DNA from: Fistulifera solaris
Taxonomy: Eukaryota
Length of the DNA: 64,000 bases
Assembly (NCBI GenBank): GCA_030295235.1
Contig: AP026123.1
Coordinates: 1,054,001 to 1,118,000, forward strand
Direction: 5' to 3'
Shown here: one piece after another, positions 23,746 through 36,959 of the stretch
Numbering within the stretch: position 1 is the stretch's first letter
How the letters are laid out: each line of letters starts with the position of its first letter
Program-made: the position numbers and the translations under genes
Notes under the pieces: model-generated
Told to the model about the DNA's origin: nothing
What the model saw: the letters and a program-made list of their open reading frames with translations, nothing else
The model's database searches: none

Positions 23746-25687
23746 TTAGTCTCCATCATCAGTGTCGACCTCGTCTTCGTCATCTTCACCTCTGCGATTC
23801 TCAGCGATGGCTTCAAATGTCGATACCGAAGAACGAATACTAGCACGTGAATTGGTGCGTCTATCCGTTTTGACGCGATCGCTCTCCACATCGCCGTCGT
23901 CTTCTAGCTCCATGTCATGAACGTTCGACATGCTGGCGATATCTACCGACGATCGTCTTCCTTGCGACAATCGGTAGTTTGGATCATCTGTATGGACATC
24001 AGGAGTGTGACTTGCTTCATCTTCCGTATCACTAACAAAATCTTCCCACTCGTCTACGTCTTCATCATCGTCATCTTCATTGGCGTACGTCGAATAGTCC
24101 ATCTGTGGAGCAGTAACAAGGCCTAAATTCATGCGCTGCTGAATCTCTTTCTCCGACAAAGTTGCCAGACTGACAGAGTCACGGCGATGGACGTACTGGT
24201 TCTTGTCTGAATGAAAGTAACAAGATTATGAGCACTTGTCCATCCTACATCACTCCTGGTAACGAGAAAAGCTGTACTTACAAGCTGGACTTCGGTTGAT
24301 CACCTGTAGCTGATCGTTATCGACTAGAATACAACCTGCCATTGCGTCTTGGCCCTGGTTGTGATCCTGACTCGTCGAGAAAACGGTAAAGACGCGGGCT
24401 CCCTTAGAGACGGCAACTCCCTCGGCATGAGCTTCGTGTGCTCGCATAATGTACGAAAAATCCTGCTGCTGTAAAAAGTCAGTTACAGCTTTGTTACCAA
24501 AACAAATAGCCCCGCCACCTCGAAGGGAATCGCCATATCCGGTCTCTGGGTTGACACTGCGAATTTCTTGTTCTTCCGAAGCAGGATCACTCCATATACC
24601 TATAATGCCGGTTTAAAACAGCCCAACGGTTTAGACAACAAAAGAACAGAATGAAAGTGAGAGTTCCCTACTTACAATCGGAAGCAACTTGTTGATATTC
24701 GTCCTGCTCGTGCTCATAAGGCGGATTGATTCCAGCAACCTTCGTGACGGTCAAAATGTCTTGTATGCGCGTTGTGTCACGAGATATCGGACGGGGAATA
24801 CCACCGTGAACGCAGAAGATATCTTGATCAATCACAGCGGCCAAGGGCAAGCGATCAAACACTTGGTTGCAGGCTTCCCAGATTCTGTATCCAATGTCAT
24901 CTCCGAAGCGCTGCCGGCACTGCCAAATGAAGGCACGTTCTCCGTAATGTTCTTCCCAGCCGTTGACATCACGCGTTTCGTGATTTCCTCGCAATAGGAA
25001 CACTTTGTGAGGAAGACAGACCTTCATCGCTAACAAGTATGCTACTGTCTCCAAGCAAGACAAACCACGGTCGACGTAGTCGCCTAGGAACAAAAAATTC
25101 CCAGCGGTGAGGCTCATCCCAAGACGCCAGATATTGTCTGAGAAAAAGTGCAAGTCTTCCAGGTTTCCGTGAATATCACCAAACACGTAGACAGGCGACT
25201 GAATAAAGACAACTCTCGGTTCGCGCTCAAAGACATGTCGAGCCTTGCTCGCAACCTTCAGCAAGTCTTTGCAAAATACGGATGAATTAAGATACTCCAT
25301 GTGCTGAGAGGGATTACTGAACATTTCAAGAATTCTCTGAACACTGGGGTGATCTTGATATGGCTTTGACGATTGTTGCATTGCTGCGATGGAGTCCAAA
25401 ACTTGACGAGTAGCAATACTGGCCGTCCGACCCATTCGTTGCTTTTGTGCGGTGACCATGCTTCGTTTAGCGCCCGTTCCGTTCTTGACCTCACGCACAT
25501 TAAACTGATGAGGACTCAAGTTTTGATATCGGCGACGCTTATCGGCGCTCTGACCGCCTCCGGAATTTGCTTCCAAGGATTCTTGGAGCTGCTTCGAGAG
25601 ACTTTTGACCCTCTGTCGCAGTGTCTCAATTTCGAGCTCTTGCTCTTGCAGACGGAGCTGTGCTTCAGCCGCTTGAGCAGAATTCAT
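23746..25687 (-). CDS. PPP-family Ser/Thr protein phosphatase with N-terminal coiled coil and acidic tail; introns 24600-24675 and 24207-24281
   Basis: [26 protein letters not shown] (across the splice), RAHE motifs. Confidence 0.88.
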
Positions 25688-26092
25688 TGTTGCGCCGCCC
25701 GTATGGAAAGCGAATTCTAATAGCAAATAAGAGAGATTGTAAAGTGAACGACAAACACTTTTACCACATCATAGCTTCGCAATAATGGCCCATGGTTGGT
25801 TGCGCGGTGGGGAGACAACTTTTATAATTGAATGAATTTTTAGTCAGTGTCATTGGGCACTAAATTTTTCTCACTCACCAATTGAAGCTATACAGAAAAC
25901 TAGTTATTCTACTGATGTATACCGAACCCTTGTTGACTATAACTTTCGAAGTAGAGTTACGGCCCAGTGAATACCAGGTACGGTACTGTACTGTGCCGGC
26001 ACAAACATAGGGCATTTGGGCCGCAAACTAGGGGGTCTAGAATTAATACGTAGCCGTATTATTTTTTCTAGCGCAAAAAGTCACAACTCAAA

Positions 26093-26155
26093 ACTAGGGC
26101 TGGCTAGGGCTATTATTAGGGCTGGCTAGGGCTAGTGCTAGGGCTGGCTAGGATT
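26093..26155. repeat. Short tandem cluster of CTAGGGCT(GG)-like units
   Basis: About six imperfect TAGGGCT units in a row. Confidence 0.6.
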
Positions 26156-26648
26156 ACTAAAGTCGGGCCGAAAACGCTGGCCAACGCTTGTCAGGAATAG
26201 ACCTAGCGTCCATGTCATCCAGTTTTGCAACGATATCAATGGTTCGAGACGATTGTGTAGAGTCTCGAATAAGCAACGTTTAGGATGTTCGAAGTGGAAG
26301 GAATCATAACACTCGTACACGTAGTCGGTGGTTTTGCTATGATGCGAAAGCAAATACAAGTTGAAAACTGCAAGCTAAGCAATCACTAACTTCGAGCGTT
26401 CATTCGAAGACCGATCCAGAATTCCGAATTTCATCACTAGTCTAGGCTTAAAGGCTAGTCAGCATCCTTCAAACTACGACCCATGGTTTGTATTGACGAG
26501 TTTCAAACCTTCTTTGCACGAGGACGGACATGACAACGAAGAAATCAACGATTGATTTCGAGTGAAACCATTCCATTGACGAGAGCAGCACAACGACAAT
26601 TTGTAGAATCGAATAGCGAGACATTGGCCTGTAAGAAAGTTTCCTAGT

Positions 26649-26858
26649 TTAGATGGTGATTCTTTGCAAACCAGGGGGGAGACTTTGCGTCAACTTTTCA
26701 GCCTTCTCGCCATCGGTGACAACCAGTGTGTACAAGTTTCGCGAGCATCGGATCTTAAATTTGGTCTGCGTAGGTCTTTTGCGGATTTTCACAAGCTTGG
26801 CATCAGCCCGGCGAGCCTTTTGCAGGAAATCGCGAATGTCTGTAATTTGCTTCGGCAT
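26649..26858 (-). CDS. RPL38: 60S ribosomal protein eL38
   Basis: [46 protein letters not shown]. Confidence 0.96.
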   Translation of the reverse strand: MPKQITDIRDFLQKARRADAKLVKIRKRPTQTKFKIRCSRNLYTLVVTDGEKAEKLTQSLPPGLQRITI

Positions 26859-27464
26859 GGTATATAAAATTCAGTCTTCAGTAGAGAGAAAGAAAAAACG
26901 GATGTTAGCGGATGTTATAGCAATAATAAAGAATCCAATTGGAACGTAATGAAGTATTCTTGGGAAACAACAAGATAGTAAAAAGCTCAAATCCTTGAAA
27001 AGGAACCCAATGAAAATATTGCTTGCCGTTGCCTATCTAATACGTGCCAGCTGATCGTCTCGGTTTCTCTCCTTTCTACTTAATAAACAAACGTGCGCTA
27101 GTGCAGAATATCGTCTTTACAAAAGCTTTCTTCCACATACCTTGATCAAAATGATAAAGATGCAAACGCGACAGATCGGGACGATGGTCTTCGTCGTCAC
27201 GGGGAGAGAGAGCATTGCGGAAAAAGTAAAGCGGTAAGGTGGTAAATGGTCACAGACTAAAGTTAAGGTTTACAAGTTATTCTTTTCCGACGTTTGCTTT
27301 ACCTGGTACGGGTGGATGACGGACCCGAGACCAAGACTGAGCTTCCTTTACGTAGTGACGTCATTCGTCACAAAACTCGTCCGCTCGCGCTTTTGACTTT
27401 GATCTTTGATTGCCCCGTCCTATCTTCATTTTCGACGATCTTTATTGACAAAGACGCGGTCATC

Positions 27465-28503
27465 ATGAAATCCTTCATTCTCTTTCTTCTTTTCGCAAAT
27501 ACCTCAACACAAGCGTGGGTGACAGACAAATCGGTAGGGTGGATTACGCGTTCCCAAAATATCGCGCTGAGTGCATCCCGAGCTGCCTCGAAGAACGAGA
27601 ACAAGCAACGTTGGTTGCAGCAACGAGGACTTGGCGCTGAATCAACAATGAATTCCAGCATGGGCCGGGCCGAAATCATAGGCGGTGGTCGCATCGGTTC
27701 GTTGTTAGCCGCAGCGGGTGATTGCGTTTTGTTGGGCAGGGGAGACAAAATCGACCCGAATGGATCCGGTCCGATCTTAATCGCAACACGGAATGACGCT
27801 TTGGATGGCATTGTCGATAACTGTCCCGAAAATCGCAAGAAAGATCTTGTGTTCTTACAAAATGGGTATCTGGACGATTTCCTGACTTCCAAGGGATTGC
27901 TCGATAATACACAGGCTTTGCTTTACTTCTCTGTGACGGCAAAGGGGTAGACCCTGTCGATGGTGTAACGACCGTTAACCCTGAAGGTCTCACTGCCGTC
28001 ACTGGTCTGCACAGCAAAGCCTTTGCGGATCGTCTAGCGTCGCTGAATCTGAAATGCAACGTCGTTACACCTGAGCAATACCGACCCGCCATGTTCGAAA
28101 AGCTGATGTAAGTAGATCTAAATCGAAACCAGATGAATTGATTACGCATCAACAACTCTCACATTTCTCGCGTAGCTGGATCTCCACATACATGCTTGTG
28201 GGTACAGCCAAAGGATGTTCGTCGGTAGGTCAAGCGGGCAGCGAACATGGAGATCTCGTCAGGCAAGTAATTAACGAACTTGTGGTCGCCGTCAGCAACA
28301 AAGAAGGAATAGTCTTCCCCGAAGGCACTTTAGAACGTTTGGCTGCATACACGGATGTGGTTGCCGATTTCCCGTGCGGCGTAAAGGAGTTTGAGTGGCG
28401 AAACCAATATTTTTATAATCTTGGCGATGAAGCCTGTCCCATTCACAACAGATTGCTGCGAGAATGTGCGGAAAACGGCAAGCTAAGCTTTCAATTTCCA
28501 TAA
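27465..28503 (+). CDS. Rossmann-fold protein, distantly ketopantoate-reductase-like, with signal/plastid leader; frameshift in G-run near 27945; intron 28108-28175
   Basis: IIGGGRIG nucleotide-binding motif, LVFLQNG, MFEKLIWIS, KEFEWRN. Confidence 0.65.
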
Positions 28504-29769
28504 TGCTATTTCAAATTCAAATTTTTAATAAAAAATTATTACGAAGGAATTGATTACTTAACATTTGTGGGTTGCCGACGGCGTAGTCAGCGCCTTGCAA
28601 TCCAACTTAATTCCTGATACTCTCTAACTTGGTGTGCTCTGCTTGTTCAAGCATTTTGCTATCCACAATATCATCGTAGGGTTACATATCACCTTCGCGT
28701 TCTAAAGATTCGACGAGAAGTTCGGGTTGGGTGGTTCAGTTTTGATTTGCGTACACAAGCAACTTCGACCACTTAAGAAAGGAAGCTAGGAAGTATTTTA
28801 GAAGAAAAGGGAAAGAAGCACGAAGACAAGACAAGTCGACTATTAGGAAGTTCTGGTAGCCCGACCGTGTCTATTAATACACGCCTGAAACAATATTTCG
28901 TTTCTTCTTTGGGTGATTCTTTGCTTGTCATAGAATTTTGAACCGTTATGTTTTTCAGTTGTGCGTGACATTTTTGAAGTCGTATTCCGTGGTACTTCTA
29001 GCATGCGCAATTATTAGGTGAAAAAATAGAAGACCGAACGGAATTGACGAAAAGACGAGAATGGCCGATGATTGACAAATGATCATTCGAATCATTGTCG
29101 AACGACTCTGTCGACGGGTGTCATGTCACCGGAGCCCCACGTTTCAATCAGGCCTAAACGCAGCGCTGCGCCATGAGAAGCTTTGTGATGTGCGGTAACC
29201 GTGCACACGTTTTTACTGCGCTTGTTCCATGCCGCTGAAGGAGTCGCTTCCACAACAACCAGAAACAATCTGTCTCATGTTGGATCAAGCCGTGATCGCA
29301 AGACTTTGGTATACTTTGATGTGTTAGAGCATGCATAATCCATTCCTGGTTCCTAATGAGAATACTTCAAGAGAGTGTTGGCATTGCATTCAAGTGGTGA
29401 CCCAAAAAAATCACCAGGCTTCCATCGAATGCGCTTAGCAGGGTGCAGAAAATTAATGCAAATGAAAACTCTGACTTCAGTTTTTCTAAACTTTAATGTC
29501 TTTGATCAGAGTGTTGAAAGATTGCATGAAGAAACGCGAGAATCAGCAAGGTTCGCTCAATTGGTCGAACGCTCGGGAGAAGGTTCAACGAAACACGAAA
29601 CGGGTCAGTCTCATTATAATGAGAATAACACCTTTAGTAAGACGAATTTCCATGCGCGATTTCGCCGAGTTCTCTGTGCTACTAATTTTGTCATGAGTGC
29701 AAGGAAATTGGAGGTTGAGATCGTCAACACATTCAAAAAGTGGCTCAATGGCAAGAAATAATGAAGGTG

Positions 29770-30000
29770 AAAAGCAAATGGGCCGAAAAAATCCTGTGCT
29801 ATGCCCTTGCATTTTTTGGCCCAAAAGCACGTTTTGAACACACTACGTCGTTGGAGTACTTGAAAATTTAATGTAGTATTTATTGTATGATACTTTTCGG
29901 AACGGTATTCGGTTTTTTTCCAACGTCGCAGTGCCTCTGAAAAATGTCGCAGAGGACGCACGGACAGACTGGACCCTCTTCAAGACTCGTGACTAAATGA
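29770..30000 (+). mobile_element. Diverged solitary copy of part of the long inverted repeat at 45152-45762
   Basis: aaaatgtc..aggacgcacggacagactggaccctctt..agactcgtga (29941-29993) matches 45611-45662; 29775-29840 resembles 45448-45512. Confidence 0.75.
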
Positions 30001-30481
30001 TGTGAAAACATCTCCGGTCTCCGGGACTAAGCACCTTGGTACACCAAATGCGATAGTCAATTAAGGGATTCCTGTTGACGGGCTGACGTTAGACATGTTG
30101 AACTACTTATTGTTAGAGAGTGAAAACGCACTTGATGGGCTCGGCCGTCGCGATCGGCGTGATAAGCTGCTCTTCAACGTCATCCAATCCAGCATCGCTC
30201 GAGACCGCGAAGAAGGACGAATACGACGACGAGCATTCACCTTCAACAAATGCTTCAAATAGCATAAAGAAAGAGGCTACACGTGTTTGATATAGTGTTT
30301 GGAGGGACGCAAAACACACCCCAGAGGTTCCTTGGCTTCATTCCGATTCAAGCACACAATCTGGTGTAGAAAGAATTGCTATTTACCTGCATATCATTTG
30401 ACTGCCCATCATCCCTAAGCGGTCCTTTCAAATTTCTGATTTTGATAAAGGTGTACAAAAGGAATCTTTAAATCCTTCAAC

Positions 30482-31948
30482 ATGCAACTGAAAAAATTTC
30501 CGCGCTGGTTTCTTGTACTAACGGTGGTTACAGCTTGGCAGTCGCAAGTTCCGTATACACGCCACTCCACGCTTCTACAATCACTGGCTGCACCCAACAA
30601 CGACATTAATGAAGAAATACAATCAGGTCGCCTACTTGAAGGAGGAGCCGTGATTGATTTTAGTTCGGTGAAGGCTAGTTCGAAAGCTGAGGCTGCCCTC
30701 GCTAAAGCAAGAGAAGCCTTGACGGGAAGACCACCGTTGGCGCATTCCACTATTTTAGGCATTAATGACGATGTTGTGCGAGAAGTCGGTCATCCGCTAG
30801 GTCAATTTGCTAGTCAAGAAGATATACAGTCATGTGCCGCTTATTTAAGGTCCATCGCTCCCAAAGACTTGTTTGTGAAACGGAATAATGCTTCACCAGA
30901 GCAGTCATTCACCAGTGAGCAAATCGCAGAATTCCAGACCTTATTGTCGAAAGCGTTTGAAGAGGCCGGGGAAGTTACAAGTGCCTTCGCCAAAACTTTT
31001 TATTTGGGAACTAAAGTAATGGGCAGTGAAGCCCAGCGAGCAATTTGGGCTGTCTACGTATGGTGTCGACGAACGGATGAAATTGTCGATGCTCCTAGGG
31101 ACAACAATGAAGACATGCTGCATGATTTGTCATTGTGGGAGCTGCGCTTGGAGAATCTATGGATGTACGGTGAAGTGGTCGATGTCTACGATTTGTGTCT
31201 ATTGGATAGTTTGGTACGGTATCCCAATCTAGATATAACGCCTTTTCTCGATATGATTCGAGGAATGCTAATGGATGTCCCAGGTCTCGGTCAAGACCGT
31301 TACGAAAAGTTTGACGAGTTACATTTGTACTGCTACCGAGTAGCTGGAACTGTCGGCTTGATGAGTCTTCCAATCTTTGGATGTGCCCCTGATTACAATG
31401 ATGAAGTAGCTAGGTACGTGATCAAGCGGAGCGATGCTCATCCGCAATGACGGACGTAGATCATCTCACAATTCACGAATTACAGAGAACCGGCCCTTTC
31501 GCTGGGTGTCGCTTTTCAACTTACGAACATTCTTCGTGATGTAGGTGAAGACGCCGTGCAACGTAAACGTGTTTACTTGCCTCAGGAAGATTTAAAGCGG
31601 TTTGGGGTGACGGAGGAACAAATTATGGCACAGCGAGTCGACGAAAATTACATTGAGTTAATGAAGTTTCAAATAGCCCGCGCGCGTAAGTATTATGAAA
31701 GAGCTCGACGGGGAGTTTTCATGTTAGCCGAAGAGAGCCGTTTACCGGTACAAGTTTCAATAGATGCATACGGCAAGATCTTGGACAAGATCGAGGAAAA
31801 CGGTTACGATTCGCTCACGAAACGTGCTTACGTCGATAAATGGGAAAAGCTATCCATAGTGCCATTATCGTGGTATCGAACGCTTGATGTTTCAAGAACA
31901 TGGCCTTTGCCCGGTGATAAACCTGTACAGTCGCTGGCGGAAGTTTGA
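30482..31948 (+). CDS. PSY: Phytoene synthase; intron 31414-31485
   Basis: AKTFYLGT, YVWCRRTDEIVD, LYCYRVAGTVGLM, LGVAFQLTNILRDVGED, RVYLPQED; leader peptide. Confidence 0.94.
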
Positions 31949-32445
31949 AGTGTCGCGGGGGTCAACAGTTAGGCATTCAGTTGACATCTTCAACCATTTG
32001 CAAATAAAATGATCTATACAAAAGTATAAAAGCATTCTTTCACTACTCAAATCATGCTATTACTGGAATTATCTTAGCACAAGGACTGAAACGCATAGTT
32101 ATCCGACCATTAAGAGCAAGGACCCAATGGGAGCCATCAACTAAGTCAGTATGCTGCGCAAGACGGATAAAATTTCCTTTCTTACGTAGTCACAAAGAAA
32201 CGAGTCCGAATTCGTCTCAATCTTCTAAAGCAAATCGGAATGCCTTCATAGGTCGTCATAGCATGATGAAGCTTGGCTAGAGAACAACAACGAGCGGAAT
32301 GTTTTGCGAAGATCAGTACGATTGGGGAAGGCTCACGTGTCGTCTAGCGCGACCATTCGGCAGCCCCAACATCCACTGTGGATAAGCAAGCAAGACGTTG
32401 AAACTGGTCATTTATTTTGCCGACCCAATCGAGCTACAGAGATCC

Positions 32446-32897
32446 TCACGACGACTCATCGCCATTCACCTTCAACAACTCAATTCGGTACATCAAAGTA
32501 GCATCCGGCGGTATCCGCGGTGGAAAGCCAACTGCACCGTAAGCGTAAAGCGGGGGTATCGTTACTTCCGCGATGGTTCCGACAGACATTTTCGTTAGGG
32601 CAACATCCCACCCGGCAACCACTTGTCCCTCTCCGACACGAAACTGAAAGGGCAACTTTCGATCGTAAGAACTATCAATCTTCGTTCCGTCTTCTAGAAA
32701 AGCTTCAAAGTGAACCTTTGAAATAATGGATGCGTTTAGAGAAAATACTATGAACAACTAGAATGCAGAGCGCGGATGATCTGACCTACCAAACAACGGT
32801 CTCCAATTTTGGCAAATGTCTTATTATCTCCTTTTATTACAGTTCGTAGCAGTACTCCAGGACCTTGCAGTCTTGCCGGTATATGTGAGTTGTTCAT
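32446..32897 (-). CDS. FKBP12-like peptidyl-prolyl isomerase; intron 32716-32789
   Basis: DGTKIDSSYDR..PFQFRVGEGQVVAGWD, YAYGAVGFPPRIPPDATL. Confidence 0.9.
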
Positions 32898-33228
32898 TGC
32901 GCGCCGAACGACAGGAAAAAGTTGATTGTTTTGTACATGATCCTCTCTGCTGTTGCATTTTGACTTAAAAAAAAAATGGATGCGATGGGGATGGGGGATG
33001 GGGTACAGTATCTCGTATCTCGATCTCGCAGCTCGCAGCGCACACAACACACAATACACAGCAATAAAACCCTCATTCACGATCCGGGACTGCAGTTTGG
33101 TTGAGTCGCGTTGACTTCGATGATCGCCGTCATTTCTCAAAAGTAAACCGCATGTTCAATTCATCCATCGCTTATTAATAAAATTACTTTATTCCAATTT
33201 ATTTGCACTCAAATATCTCTTATCAATC

Positions 33229-33654
33229 ATGTCGTCCATGGAAGAACCGCAGCCGAAGAAAGCTAAGACTGCCGTCAAAGAGGAACAGGATGACGAGGAA
33301 GGCAATCGTGACGGCGGGTCGTTCGGGGAGAACAAAGAGGAAGAACAACTTCAAATGCAACGAAACGAAAACGGAGAATCATTTTGTGACCTATCCAGAA
33401 CTCGCCGCTTGACCGTGCGCAAATTCAAGAGCGCTGTTTTGGTGGATATTCGTGAGGTACGTAGAGAGATATAAGGGAAAAACTATGCCTTTAGACGGGA
33501 TTCTCATCATGGAATTTACTTGATGTAGTATTATGAAAAAGATGATAAGATGTTACCGGGAAAGAAAGGCATTAGTTTGTCACTTCAGCAGTACGAAGTG
33601 CTAAAGAAGGCAATCTTAAATGGGACAATCGACCAAGCAATTCGGGAGCTATGA
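33229..33654 (+). CDS. PC4/Sub1 transcriptional coactivator; intron 33457-33528
   Basis: RRLTVRKFKSAVLVDIRE|YYEKDDKMLPGKKGISL. Confidence 0.9.
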
Positions 33655-33979
33655 GCTTTTATCCAAAAGCAGATTTCTGATACCGTACAACCCGTCTTTT
33701 TCTTGGAATTATTTGTAAATGAAGACGAACAAAGGTGCCAGACATCGATCGAATGACATTTTTTGTACTGTAACCCTTTATGTGATCTCCTAGACCTTGT
33801 TCTTGTCCCTTCAATCAACCATTTACGAAATAGCTAAGGAAAAGCATCTTTACGGTCACTTTGTTTTCTTTTTGTTACTTTTCGACTAGAGGCTAGCCTA
33901 GATATAGCTATAAATCATAGATTATAGAGCTTTCTCAGTAATCCTTGACACAAAAAAAGCGTGACAGGAATTTCGAGTT

Positions 33980-36800
33980 AAGAGATTTTGTGGACTTTTT
34001 CCAGAAATTCTGGAATTGGTGCTTTCAGTCACACAGAGATTTATTCACGTTCCAGAAAGAATTGTTGGTTTGGGTTAGACAGAGATTTTGTGGGCGTTCC
34101 AAAAATTCAGGAAACGGTGCTTTGAGTCATACATAGATATTTTCACATTGGTTTACGGGAACCACGACAGCATCATTTCAGTCATGAACATTATTCTAAA
34201 ATCTACACGAAAGCCAATTTGCACGAATTTCGTCCTTCTTTTTAGCTACGTAGGCCTCAATTAATTTTCATTAAAATGTAGAAAAGCATTGGCAATGCAG
34301 AGTTCGTATTCACTCGTTCTAGATGCATGCTGGTCGCTTCTCGCATTTGTACTGTAGGCCAAAGTGTTGGTTTACGGGAACCACGACAGCATCATTTCAG
34401 TCATGAACATTATTCTAAAATCTACACGAAAGCCCATTTGCACGAATTTCGTCCTTCTTTTTAGCTTCGTAGGCCTCAATTAACTTTCATTAAAATGTAG
34501 AATAGCATTGGCAATGCAGAGTTCGTATTCACTCGTTCTAGATGCATGCTGGTCGCTTCTCGCATTTGTACTGTAGGCCAAAGTGTTGGTTTACGGGAAC
34601 CACGACAGCATCATTTCAGTCATGAACATTATTCTAAAGTCTACACGAAAGCCCATTTGCACGAATTTCGTCCTTCTTTTTTAGCTACGTAGGCCTCAAT
34701 TAATTTTCATTAAAATGTAGAAAAGCATTGGCAATGCAGAGTTCGTATTCACTCGTTCTAGATGCATGCTGGTCGCTTCTCGCATTTGTACTGTAGGCCA
34801 AAGTGTTGGTTTACGGGAACCACGACAGCATCATTTCAGTCATGAACATTATTCTAAAGTCTACACGAAAGCCCATTTGCACGAATTTCGTCCTTCTTTT
34901 TAGCTTCGAAGGCCTCAATTAATTTTCATTAAAACTAGAAAAGCATTGGCAATGCAGAATTCGTATTCACTCGTTCTAGATGCGTGCTGGTCGCTTCTCG
35001 CATTTTGTACTGTAGGCCAATCTGTTGGTTTACGAGAACCACGACTGCATTTCCTTTTGGGTAAGGTCCGCAGTAAATAAGTCAAATTTTTACTTCCCCC
35101 AACATAGGCTACGCACATCCACAAGCGATAATTCGGTTCGAGTTTCACTGGAAACGTAGCAATCAGGAGCGATGCAATGATTTGAAAGTCTACGTGTTGT
35201 TACGTAGCCTCCATACGAGTAGGAACGATACTTATTATTTTTTTGTGTAGATGTACACGGACATCGTGTATTTTGCCGTCTCGCTTTTTCGAGCCAAATA
35301 TGCATCAAGGACTTTTTACTTGCCCCGACATAAGTAACAATTACTTGTAAGCAATCCCAAACAGAAATTTTGTGGGCGTTCCAGATATTCTGGAATCGGT
35401 GTTTTGGGTCAAACAGAGATTTTGTCAGCGTTCCAGAAATGTTGGAACCAGTGTTTGGTGTCATGCAGAGATTCTGCCTGAATCCATAATCCTGGAATTA
35501 ACATTAAAAAAAAAATACTTTTCTTTCCCAGATTGTGTAATGTAGTCTAAAAAGCATGTTTTGAACATAGCGGTGAAAAATGTCACCCAAAAATAAATCA
35601 GCAGATTTTAGATTTTAAACAGATATAAGTACAGAGAAATACTCAATCGGCGATCAATTAACAGAATTTCTGTAAGACCAGAAACGACTCATCCAGAATT
35701 CCAGATTTTCTGGAATGTGCACTATCTTTCGTTATCATCAAAACACCGTGTCCAGAAAATCTTGAGCGTGCACCGCATTTCGGTAGGATCCCAAACACCG
35801 TGTCCAGACTATTTCCAAAACGTATTTAGCATTTCGGTACGATCGAAGAAATCTGGTCCAGAATTTCTGGACCACTACAGAATATCTGTATGACCAGAAA
35901 TGAATCATCCATAATTCATTCCAGATTTTCTGGAATGTCCACTTTCTTTTCGTTATCATCAAAACACCGCGTCCAGAAAATCTTGAGCGTGCACAGCATT
36001 TTGGTACGATTCCAAACACCGTGTCCAGACTACTGTATTTCCAAAACGTTTTTAGCATTTCCGTAGGATCGAAAAAATCTGGTCCAGAATTTCTGGACAA
36101 ATACAGAATTTCTGTATGACCAGAATTGACTCATCAAGAATTCCAGAATATCTGGAACGTGCACTTTCTTTCCTTATTATCAAAACACCGCGTCCAGAAG
36201 TTCTTGAACGTGCACAGCATTTCGGTAGGATCCCAAACACTGTATCCAGACCATTTCTAAAACGTTTTTTTGCATTTCGGTAGGATCGAAAAATCTGGTC
36301 CAGAATTTCTGGACCACTACCGAATTTCTGGTTTGGGTCGGACAGAGATTATGTGGACGTTCCTGAAATTCTGGATTAGGTGCTTTCAGTCATACCAGTA
36401 CAGAGATTGATTTCCGTTAAAGTTCTAGACCACGCCAGGGACTCAAATTGCAGAGAAGAATCCCGGCGGGCAGCTCGGCGATGGCTTTATCGCTTTTCGC
36501 TTATTATCCAATTTCCCGCATCCTCCAGAGATGTGTGGACATTCCAGAAATTCTGGAATCGGTGTTTTGAGTCACACAGAGATTTATTCAAGTTCCAGAA
36601 ATTCTGCAATAATTGGGTTGGGTCAGACAGAGATTCTGTGGAAGTTCCAGAAATTCTGGAATCGGTGCTTTTGAGTCAGACAGAGATTTTTTGGACGTTC
36701 CAGAAATTCTGGAATTGCTGGTTTGGGTCACACAGATATTTATTTACGTTCCAGAAATTCTGGAAAGAATTATTGGTTTGGGTCAAACAGAGATTTGTCA
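33980..36800. repeat. Satellite-like block with a ~43 bp unit containing the palindrome TTCCAGAAATTCTGGAA, in both orientations, plus ~3 longer units at 35660-36325
   Basis: Units (cagagat..ttccagaaattctggaa..gtca) at 33980-34140, 35360-35470 and 36330-36800; reversed versions at 35660-36325. Confidence 0.85.
34148..35050. repeat. Tandem repeat, about 4 near-identical units of 219-220 bp
   Basis: TTGGTTTACG(G/A)GAACCACGAC starts at 34148, 34367, 34586, 34806, 35025. Confidence 0.95.
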
Positions 36801-36959
36801 TGGGGTCATGGGGTCATGGGTATTTTATTGAAAAAATGAGACAGCGCTGCGATCATCGGATGACATCATTGTTTGCTCTCCTGTTCATCTTGATATTATG
36901 AAACATAAGATGTGCAGCCGTTACGTGTAACAACTGCAAGTGTTTCTTCATTGTTTCTC

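Noticed and set aside
26093..26155. TAGGG-containing repeats as interstitial telomere
   Set aside because: The unit is CTAGGGCT(GG), not tandem TTAGGG, and the tract is short
33980..36800. Palindromic short repeats resembling a CRISPR array
   Set aside because: Sequences between repeats are related to each other rather than unique spacers; no cas genes; eukaryotic context
35738..36901. ORFs with repeated FQKFWN / VPEILE
   Set aside because: Translations of the satellite unit
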